Positions 56,589-64,000 of a stretch of DNA of 64,000 nt are shown here, in pieces. Each line of letters begins with the position of its first letter. Position 1 is the stretch's first letter. The notes under the pieces are model-generated. The model had not been told where the DNA came from and searched no databases. It saw nothing but the letters and a program-made list of their open reading frames with translations. A program made the translations under genes and the position numbers. The DNA comes from Candidatus Woesebacteria bacterium (GTDB lineage: Bacteria; Patescibacteriota; Microgenomatia; UBA8517): NCBI GenBank assembly GCA_963716475.1, contig OY970314.1, forward strand, positions 628,790 through 692,789, written 5' to 3'.

Positions 56589-57736
56589 ACAGATACTTTC
56601 TGGTTATCTTTGAGTAAGGCCGGCGGCTGAGAAATAACAGTCTGACCTTCGCTTACACCCGACTTAATCTCCGTCTCGTCATTATTTTGACCGCCTATTT
56701 CGACTACTGTTTTTTTGGCACGGCCTCCCTCAATTACCCAGACGTAATCTTTTGAATCCGTCACAACCGCAGAAGCCGGAACTTTCAGAACATTTTCAAT
56801 TTTATTAAATATAATCTCGATATCTCCGCCCATTCCCACTTTAAATTTCATGGCAGAATTGTCGGGGAGAGAAATCCGGACGTGGTAGGCATTTCCGCCC
56901 GTACTTGAAGTAAAGGCAACCATACCGATATTGGTCACCGTTCCGGTATAAGTGTCATCGGGGTATGCATCCAACTTTATATTTACGGTTTGACTGACAT
57001 TAACACGGGGAAGGTCCGTTTCTTCAACTTCGGCATCAAAATAAACCGAATTCGGATTAACAACCGTGTAGTTTGCCGCACCGGGCAGGACGTTTATTCC
57101 GGGAGAGCTCGGGACGGCGCTATCGATAATTCCGGTAAACGGAGCATAAATTGTTGCATTTCTCAAATTATCCTGAGCGGCAAGCAGCGCATTATAAGAA
57201 TTGTCCCGATTTACTTCCGCTGTGGTTCTTGTCGCTTTTTGGGAAAATGTTTCGGTTGTATCGTTTCCTTTAACCGTATCCAAGACATTTTCAGCTACAG
57301 CCTGGTAATTTCTGTAATTATTCAGTGCCTGTTCATAAGCAGCATTTAAGGGGATTGCATCAAGCTGTGCAATTCCCTGGCCTTTTACAACTTTCTGCCC
57401 GACTTTCACTCCAACCCAGGCAACTAAACCTCCTGAGGGAAAAGTAAGCTGGGAGTACTGATCCGCCTTGACGGTACCTGAAGTTGAAACCGATTCGGTA
57501 AGCTCGCCGCGGCTAACTTGGGCTACCTGAACTTTGGTAGTTTTATTTGCCGAAACAATAACCCTCCAAACCACAATCAAAACAACCACCAAAACAACCC
57601 AAAACCACTTCCCCAATTTCTGCCGGAAATTATTTACCGAACTTGTTATTTTTTTCACACCAACCGTAGATTTTACTCCTAAAGTATAGCCTGCCGCAAG
57701 CCTCAGTGGAATAACTTCCTTACAATAAGGCTCCAC
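56585..57736 (-). CDS. MacA-like efflux adaptor (membrane fusion protein)
   Basis: TM, lipoyl halves, IYAPFTG and VPASAV; the true start may be GTG at 57658. Confidence 0.88.
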   Translation of the reverse strand: MEPYCKEVIPLRLAAGYTLGVKSTVGVKKITSSVNNFRQKLGKWFWVVLVVVLIVVWRVIVSANKTTKVQVAQVSRGELTESVSTSGTVKADQYSQLTFPSGGLVAWVGVKVGQKVVKGQGIAQLDAIPLNAAYEQALNNYRNYQAVAENVLDTVKGNDTTETFSQKATRTTAEVNRDNSYNALLAAQDNLRNATIYAPFTGIIDSAVPSSPGINVLPGAANYTVVNPNSVYFDAEVEETDLPRVNVSQTVNIKLDAYPDDTYTGTVTNIGMVAFTSSTGGNAYHVRISLPDNSAMKFKVGMGGDIEIIFNKIENVLKVPASAVVTDSKDYVWVIEGGRAKKTVVEIGGQNNDETEIKSGVSEGQTVISQPPALLKDNQKVSV

Positions 57737-58005
57737 AAAGATTTGGGTCTTTTGTAATTTTCAAAGATCCGGCGGGACCAGACGGAGAGAATTAACCACT
57801 GCCTTCTCTCATTCTGCCTGGCAACAACCTCAATTTGGTTCCCTCCGTAATTGCGACGGTAAATCCAGGATCCCGGAACTGTTCCTTTTTTCGAATTCCC
57901 GGGGTTTCTCCAGGTTACCCAGGCATCCCCCTGCTTAATGCCACGCTGCCTTAATCTGTCAAGCGCATGGTCCGTCCAGATTACTCCTCCAAAATTTCTA
58001 TCCAT
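57703..58005 (-). CDS. DUF4258-like small protein
   Basis: WTDHALDRLRQRGI motif; ATG at 58005. Confidence 0.65.
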   Translation of the reverse strand: MDRNFGGVIWTDHALDRLRQRGIKQGDAWVTWRNPGNSKKGTVPGSWIYRRNYGGNQIEVVARQNERRQWLILSVWSRRIFENYKRPKSLWSLIVRKLFH

Positions 58006-58018
58006 AAATACAATATAA

Positions 58019-58351
58019 TTATAATGCCGAAGACTTGATTTCCTTAAGAAGATCCGACCCAAGGTCGGCAAGATCACGCTTCAAATCATCTTCGATACTC
58101 TTACCCGCTTTTTGCTTCAGATACCCAAAAATGACCTGTTCGTCATGCGGGTATTTATGGAAAAGTTCCAAAAATTCTTCATGATGCACCCGGGGCAGTT
58201 TGTCCAACACTTTTCCCAAAACTTTATGGGTTACAATACTGTCAACCAGTTTCCAAAGTTCTTCCTGCTCCTCTTTAGAAGATGCGGTTTTTTTAATTTC
58301 AATTTCCACTTCTTCCAGATAAATTAAGTGATCGAAGAATAATTTGCTCAT
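58019..58351 (-). CDS. Hypothetical protein
   Basis: 110-aa ORF in an operon with gltX. Confidence 0.7.
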   Translation of the reverse strand: MSKLFFDHLIYLEEVEIEIKKTASSKEEQEELWKLVDSIVTHKVLGKVLDKLPRVHHEEFLELFHKYPHDEQVIFGYLKQKAGKSIEDDLKRDLADLGSDLLKEIKSSAL

Positions 58352-58354
58352 ATA

Positions 58355-59293
58355 TTAAACCTCCATCATTGTAACCCCGAGTGCCTCAACATCATTATAA
58401 TCTACAGGTCCCAAAGGTACCTGGTTTTTCGGATCGTCAACAAAAAATACGATAACCGGGCCTTTTTTATATCTCGGACCGCCCAGGTAATTCATAACCT
58501 CCGGGCTTCCGCCAAATTGTTTTCCCGTCCAGGCGGCGGGGCCGGCGTCGGCAATATCTGCAACGACCGCATTTCCGTTCACCGTATTTACTATCAATAC
58601 CTTTCTGAATTTATACCAATTACTTAAGTACGGCTGGCGTTTCGCCCAATCGGGAAGATATAAAGTTTGTACCACCGCATACCATTTTTCTTCGTCTGCC
58701 GGAACATACCCCCAAGCTCCAAGACCCGAAGCCATTCCCTCATCCGATTGTGGAATCTTAGGATGAACACTCATCCTGTCTCCCGAGTAGCGGGCTAAAT
58801 GCTGCTCGGCTCCTATATATCCATAAGTAGCATTAAGATGCTCGCCTTCGAGATTCGCTTTTGTATCGACTCCGATATTCCCCTTGAAAACCTGTTCCAA
58901 AGTTTTTTCCTGATTGCGATCCAACGGGCCAACTTTCTGCGGTAAGATCTGCTTCAGTGAAGAAAGAAGTATTTCCTGCCGGGGAACCGCAGGTTCCTCT
59001 CCTTCAAAATCAGACAAACTTTTAACAATATTCGCAATCGCCGGTACATTTTTTGCAACCATTGGCGGGGTAAAAAGAAGTGTACTGGTTATGGCGCCTG
59101 TTGTTATTATTTTTGCAGAATGCTCACGGATCTTTGAAAGATCAAGTCCCTTATCGGCAAAAAATTTCTCAACGTGGGGGTATTTTTCAAAAAGAGAGCG
59201 CTTCGTTTCTAAACTCTTAAGTTTGAGCTTATTGCGCAAAAACTCCGTATCTTTGTTTATTAAATCGCTTGTTCCGGCAGGATCATGAGCCAT
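58355..59293 (-). CDS. Hypothetical protein with a C-terminal RlpA/DPBB-like segment
   Basis: VLIVN..NG.AVVA.I.DAGP motif; starts 1 nt after the gltX stop. Confidence 0.55.
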   Translation of the reverse strand: MAHDPAGTSDLINKDTEFLRNKLKLKSLETKRSLFEKYPHVEKFFADKGLDLSKIREHSAKIITTGAITSTLLFTPPMVAKNVPAIANIVKSLSDFEGEEPAVPRQEILLSSLKQILPQKVGPLDRNQEKTLEQVFKGNIGVDTKANLEGEHLNATYGYIGAEQHLARYSGDRMSVHPKIPQSDEGMASGLGAWGYVPADEEKWYAVVQTLYLPDWAKRQPYLSNWYKFRKVLIVNTVNGNAVVADIADAGPAAWTGKQFGGSPEVMNYLGGPRYKKGPVIVFFVDDPKNQVPLGPVDYNDVEALGVTMMEV

Positions 59294-59294
59294 A

Positions 59295-60608
59295 TTAATC
59301 CAAAACTTTCTTAATTCTTTTCAAACTTTCTTCTTTTCCCAAAATTCCTATTGATTCGTTAATCGGGGGTGTAAATTTACTTCCGGTTACTGCGATTCGG
59401 AGATCCATAAAGAAGTCCCCGACTTTGAAATTATTATCTTTTGGAACCTGATCGAGTGGAACCCCTTCTTCGATTGCTTCGATAGCTTTTTCCAAGTGCT
59501 TTCGATAATCTTTGCCGAAAAGTTTCGCATCAACACTTTTTCTCTCGAAAAAAAATCCTGCGAAAGAATCAAAGTCTGAAAGTTTTTTAATTCTATCTTT
59601 AACAAGTGGAATTACTTTCTTTAACTTTTCCCCGTCTATTTTCTCCTTAATGAAAGGTTCAAGTAAATTTAAAAGTTCTGCATCTGATTTTTGGCGGATG
59701 TAGTAACCATTAAACCAATCGAGTTTATCGGTCAGAAACCTGGGATTTGCCTCCTGAAAACCGTTTATGTCAAAATGTTCAACAAACTCCGGCAAAGTAA
59801 AAAGTTCACGGTTGTCTTTAGGCGCCCAACCCAGAAGCATTACAAAATTCAGAAGTGCTTCGGGCAGGTACCCCTCCTTCAGAAACTGCTCTACAAAAAC
59901 CGAATCCCTGCGTTTTGACAGTTTTTTTCCGGTCTCGGCGGAAAGAATATCGGTTACATGACCAATTTCAGGCCTTCTTCCACCTAAAAAGCCAAAAACC
60001 AAAAGATGAATAGGAGTGGAGGGCAGCCAATCGTGCCCGCGCAGGATATGTGTAACCTTCATATCAAGGTCATCAACGGCAACAGCCAGGTGGTAAGTGG
60101 GAAATCCGTCGGATTTGAGAAGTGTAGCATCATAAACCGTATCGGTGTTCCAGGAAATTTCTTTCTTGTGTACAAAATCAACGTAAGAAACAATTTTGCC
60201 GTCCGGAACCCGGAGTTTAATGGCCCCCGATGTTAGCCCTTTATCACGGCAGGGATCCCTTGGCTCGGTAGAAAAACCTTCCTCCCTTGCGTTTTTTGGC
60301 TTACATTGGCAATAAAAAGCATGGCCCTCACTTACCAACTTCTCTGCTGCTTTCTTATATAAACCTTTTTCCTGTCTTTCCGACTGGACGTAATATTCAT
60401 CCCAGATCAAACCAAATTTTTTCAAAGTCTCTTTAAGGGCTTCAGTTGCGCCCTCAACCACCCGTTTCTGATCGGTATCCTCGATTCTAAGCAAGAAATC
60501 TCCACCTTCATGTTTTGCCAAGGCGTATGCATAAAGAGCAGTTCTGAGGCCTCCAATATGCAAAAAACCGGTTGGAGATGGGGCAAATCGGGTCCGGATT
60601 TTGGTCAT
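59295..60608 (-). CDS. gltX: Glutamate--tRNA ligase
   Basis: RTRFAPSPTGFLHIGG, RIEDTD, PTYH and KLSKR. Confidence 0.97.
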   Translation of the reverse strand: MTKIRTRFAPSPTGFLHIGGLRTALYAYALAKHEGGDFLLRIEDTDQKRVVEGATEALKETLKKFGLIWDEYYVQSERQEKGLYKKAAEKLVSEGHAFYCQCKPKNAREEGFSTEPRDPCRDKGLTSGAIKLRVPDGKIVSYVDFVHKKEISWNTDTVYDATLLKSDGFPTYHLAVAVDDLDMKVTHILRGHDWLPSTPIHLLVFGFLGGRRPEIGHVTDILSAETGKKLSKRRDSVFVEQFLKEGYLPEALLNFVMLLGWAPKDNRELFTLPEFVEHFDINGFQEANPRFLTDKLDWFNGYYIRQKSDAELLNLLEPFIKEKIDGEKLKKVIPLVKDRIKKLSDFDSFAGFFFERKSVDAKLFGKDYRKHLEKAIEAIEEGVPLDQVPKDNNFKVGDFFMDLRIAVTGSKFTPPINESIGILGKEESLKRIKKVLD

Positions 60609-60721
60609 AATAATCGAATTTTACAACACATTCCGATATGGTGCTATAAGTTGCCACATAAAACAACTTATACAATATAATGCATTGAACAGGAAGCTTT
60701 GTAACGATATACTGATTTGGT

Positions 60722-61774
60722 ATGACTTCACTGACCCGAATTGCTATTACGGCAAGAAAGATAATCAGATATGGTATTTTTCTTATTGTTTTTCTGATCG
60801 TCGGCAAGATTTTACTTGACGCCGGTATCTCGATTTACAAAAAAGCCTTTCCTTCACCCCCTCCCCCTCCAACAGTTAACTACGGAAAGCTTACTAAAAT
60901 TCCTTTCCCCGATAACGGTATTACCGCCAAGCTTACTTATACGCTCGAAACACCGGAGGGCGGGCTTCCGACTAAAATTCCGGGACAGGCGAAAGTATTT
61001 TTTATGCCAAAAGTAAGTCCAAACTTGCTTTCCCTGGATACAGCCAAGACAATCGCGCAAGGCTTGGGTTTTACAGTTAATCCCCAAAAAGTTTCAGACA
61101 TTATGTATATATTCAACAGTACGAAATACCCCGTCTCCCTGCAAATGAATATTGTTACCGAAACTTTTTCAATCAGCTACAACCTTGCTCAAGACAAAAG
61201 TCCGCTAAATGCCAAGTCCCCCATTGCCGAAGTTGCCGCATCGGAATTCCGAGGCTTTCTTTCAGGCGCCGGCACCCTTCCTGCTGACTTAACCGGGCCG
61301 ACCACAAATAAATACTTAAAGCTCAGTAACGGACAACTTACTGACGCTCTCTCACTATCCGAAGCCGATATGGTAAAAGTTAACCTCTTCAGGAAGGATT
61401 ATGATAAATTACCAAGCGTTACGGGGACACCCGACCAGGCTAACGTCTGGGCAATAATCGACGGTTCAAACCAGCCCGGGCAGTCCGTTATTGCAGCTGA
61501 ATACCATTATTTCCCGGTTGATGAAACCCAGTATGCTACCTACCCTATCAAAACCCCGGCTGAAGCCTTTGCCGAACTCCAGGCAAATCAGGCCTACACC
61601 GCCGCACTGGGACTTAATAAAGACGGAGACAGTCTAAAAATCAGGCGGATGTATCTTGCCTACTTTGACCCGGCGTCTCCTACCGAATTTTACCAACCGG
61701 TTTACGTTTTTGAAGGCGACAACGGATTTACGGCCTATCTTCCCGCAGTTACTTCAGCATATTACGCAGAGTAA
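60722..61774 (+). CDS. Membrane-anchored extracytoplasmic hypothetical protein
   Basis: N-terminal TM and C-terminal LAY...YQPVYVFEG...YLPA. Confidence 0.7.
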   Translation: MTSLTRIAITARKIIRYGIFLIVFLIVGKILLDAGISIYKKAFPSPPPPPTVNYGKLTKIPFPDNGITAKLTYTLETPEGGLPTKIPGQAKVFFMPKVSPNLLSLDTAKTIAQGLGFTVNPQKVSDIMYIFNSTKYPVSLQMNIVTETFSISYNLAQDKSPLNAKSPIAEVAASEFRGFLSGAGTLPADLTGPTTNKYLKLSNGQLTDALSLSEADMVKVNLFRKDYDKLPSVTGTPDQANVWAIIDGSNQPGQSVIAAEYHYFPVDETQYATYPIKTPAEAFAELQANQAYTAALGLNKDGDSLKIRRMYLAYFDPASPTEFYQPVYVFEGDNGFTAYLPAVTSAYYAE

Positions 61775-61776
61775 AT

Positions 61777-62703
61777 TCAGGGAAGTTTAACTTCTTGCCA
61801 CTGATAATTTGTAAATATCCAGTCAATAAGTTCCTTTGTTTCCCCAAACCGATCCTGACTGCCGAGAAGTGCAATCATAACTTTGTGTCCGTCTCGTTCC
61901 ATGTAAGTCACAAGATTTTCCCTGGCATTTTCGGTCCATCCGGTTTTTATCCCAAGTACTCCGGGAACCACACCTAAAAGTTCATTTATATTTTTAAGAT
62001 TATATTTTGTTTTTCCGGATATGTCAGTAAAACTGACCACCTTAGTGCCGACTATTTTTGCAAACTCAGGATCTCTTATCGCAATTTCAGAAACCCGAAT
62101 TAAATCCTCTGCAGTTGTAATCTGGTTTAATCCGTCAAGTCCGGCCGGATTTTGAAAATTAGTATTAATCATTGAAAGATCTTTTGCTTTCGTATTCATA
62201 GCGGCAATAAACGCATCGTAACCGCCGGGAAAATTATCTGCTAACGCTATTGCCGCGTCGTTTGCTGAATAAACCAAAAGTCCATAAAGCAAATTTTCGA
62301 CGGCTACTTGCTCCCCCTGAAAAAGACCCATTTTTTGGCCAACAACATTTATCCTGCCGATCGTAACAATTTGATCAAGTGGGTATGAATCAAGAGCTAC
62401 AAGTGCGGTTACTATCTTTGTAGTTGAGGCCGGAAGGAGTTTCGTGTCGGGATTTTTTTCATACAGGCTTACTCCCGAATCCAGGTCCACCGCCAGAGCC
62501 CCTTGAGCGGAAAGAATGGGGAATGAACTGCTTGCACCCAAAACGGGATTTGGGGGAAACGTTTTTGATACAGGACGTAATAAATTGATCAACTTTTGAT
62601 CCGGCAAGATCCGGCCGGAAATAGCCATTCCCGACGTGGAAATAAAAACAAATGTCAAAATGACTAAATACAAAAAACGGTTTTTTTTATTAAAGAATTT
62701 CAT
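61777..62703 (-). CDS. D-alanyl-D-alanine carboxypeptidase (peptidase S11)
   Basis: STTK, SAN and KTG active-site motifs. Confidence 0.93.
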   Translation of the reverse strand: MKFFNKKNRFLYLVILTFVFISTSGMAISGRILPDQKLINLLRPVSKTFPPNPVLGASSSFPILSAQGALAVDLDSGVSLYEKNPDTKLLPASTTKIVTALVALDSYPLDQIVTIGRINVVGQKMGLFQGEQVAVENLLYGLLVYSANDAAIALADNFPGGYDAFIAAMNTKAKDLSMINTNFQNPAGLDGLNQITTAEDLIRVSEIAIRDPEFAKIVGTKVVSFTDISGKTKYNLKNINELLGVVPGVLGIKTGWTENARENLVTYMERDGHKVMIALLGSQDRFGETKELIDWIFTNYQWQEVKLP

Positions 62704-64000
62704 CGAGAGAACCTAAAGTCTACTCTTTCCATATCCCTCGGGAAAAGTGAAGCCTCCCTGACATTACCGAGATTTAAAAGTTTCATGGTAATTCTTTCAA
62801 GGCCGAAAGAAAAACCGCCCTCCGGAGGCATCCCGTATTTAAAAGCCTGGAGATACATCTCAAAATTTTTCGGATCCATCCCCCTATCCTTTATTGCCTC
62901 AACCAATTTATCATAATCGCTGACCCTCTGACTCCCGCTTAAAATTTCAAGTCCTTTAAAAAGAAGATCGTAGCTTAGTGAAAATTCCGGGTCTTCAGGA
63001 TCCGGCATGGTATAAAATGCCCTTTTTTTGGTAGGATAATGCGTAATTGTGACCAGATCGGAATCTTTTTCTTCAAGCGCCCATTTGGAAATCTCTTTCT
63101 CATCTTCAGGATCCAGATCTTTTTCGTTGGTATGATCAACTCCTGTACGCTCCAAAATAATTTTTTGGGCCTCTCTCATTGTTAATCTGGGAACCTTCAC
63201 CGGCAACTTTAGCTTCGGGGTACCGAAATCCTCGAGAACTTTTTTCTGTCTTTCCTCGACATACTTCAATGTATTAATAGCAACAGATTCCAATGCATCC
63301 ATTAGTCCGGTAAAATCTATAAAACCGATTTCGCAATCCATTTGAGTAGCTTCCGAAAGGTGTCTTGTCGTAACTGACGGTTCGGCCCTATATGCTTTTG
63401 CAATTGTGAAAACTCTCTCAAGGGAGGGGATCATCATTTGTTTATACAGTTGGGGGGATTGGGTCATAAAAGCTTTGTGCCCGTAGTAATCGACCGTAAA
63501 AACTTCCGCCCCACCCTCCGTGGCTGATGCAGAAATTGTCGGGACCGTGACTTCAATACAACCCAAATCTTGGGCGGCTTTTCTAAATCCTTCCAAAATT
63601 GTCGCCTGGATTTTAAAAATCTCTTTGATTTTGGGGTGCCTCAAAACTAAAGTACGATAATCCAGAAGTGTCGGAAGTTCCAGATTAAGTTCATCCGCAC
63701 CCATGTCAAAAGGCATTTCTTCAGATTTTGCCAAAACACTTACTTTTTCGGCAGATAGTTCTACTGACCCGGTCTCAATTTTATCGTTGACCATCTGCGG
63801 AGGCCTTTTGTTTACAATCCCTTCAATTTCAACCGCATACTGAGGTCTCAAATCAGCAATTTCCAGTCCTCCGACAACCTGTAAAACCCCACTCCTGTCT
63901 ATAATATCGGCAAAGGCAATTTTTCCATGGGCACGGACAACGTGCACATAACCTTCAACTTTTACTTTTTCTCCGATTTTTTTGACCGTGTCTGCAATTA
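62700..64000 (-). CDS. aspS: Aspartate--tRNA(Asp/Asn) ligase, non-discriminating archaeal type (5' end outside window)
   Basis: EGGAEVF, QSPQLYKQ, YRAEPS.T.RHL and GMPPEGGFSFGLER; no GAD insert; frame open to the window edge. Confidence 0.93.
   Translation of the reverse strand, partial: IADTVKKIGEKVKVEGYVHVVRAHGKIAFADIIDRSGVLQVVGGLEIADLRPQYAVEIEGIVNKRPPQMVNDKIETGSVELSAEKVSVLAKSEEMPFDMGADELNLELPTLLDYRTLVLRHPKIKEIFKIQATILEGFRKAAQDLGCIEVTVPTISASATEGGAEVFTVDYYGHKAFMTQSPQLYKQMMIPSLERVFTIAKAYRAEPSVTTRHLSEATQMDCEIGFIDFTGLMDALESVAINTLKYVEERQKKVLEDFGTPKLKLPVKVPRLTMREAQKIILERTGVDHTNEKDLDPEDEKEISKWALEEKDSDLVTITHYPTKKRAFYTMPDPEDPEFSLSYDLLFKGLEILSGSQRVSDYDKLVEAIKDRGMDPKNFEMYLQAFKYGMPPEGGFSFGLERITMKLLNLGNVREASLFPRDMERVDFRFSR

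Noticed and set aside
60645-60672. 9-bp inverted repeat tataagttg-10-caacttata between gltX and the divergent gene
   Set aside because: Single AT-rich copy with no candidate regulator; could be chance.
1-64000. CRISPR array
   Set aside because: No regularly spaced repeat-spacer series; all repeats found have two or three copies separated by genes.
1-64000. Alternative genetic code (UGA read as Gly or Trp)
   Set aside because: Conserved genes such as msrB, drmB and aspS end at TGA at their expected lengths.

Overview
Gene-dense, AT-rich bacterial chromosome segment using the standard genetic code (TGA is used as stop). Gene content, many short ORFans and pervasive leaderless promoters suggest Patescibacteria (CPR), probably Microgenomates; this is inference. 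The right third holds core genes: aspS (partial), gltX, a D,D-carboxypeptidase, a MacAB-like ABC system, a membrane-anchored Clp-like ATPase, sod, bcp and tRNA-Gln(CTG). The left two thirds are accessory. Main observations: (1) a DISARM class II-like operon (vsr, C5 methyltransferase, drmE, NERD-helicase, drmA, drmB) with no drmC, next to a 5'-truncated AspBHI/Mrr-type nuclease; (2) a complete SAM-I riboswitch with terminator controlling a 139-aa orphan gene directly upstream of that operon; (3) a TrpR-like gene bracketed by two palindromes with an identical 16-bp core; (4) a two-unit covarying hairpin 5' leader that covers a Shine-Dalgarno site; (5) an adjacent cohesin scaffold and dockerin-tagged glycoside hydrolase; (6) a tRNA-Gln leader carrying a partial tRNA copy plus its antisense; (7) repeated gene-end and promoter scars with mostly synonymous differences around ORFans. 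No CRISPR array, rRNA, integrase or transposase was seen. All calls come from reading motifs by eye; no database search was run.
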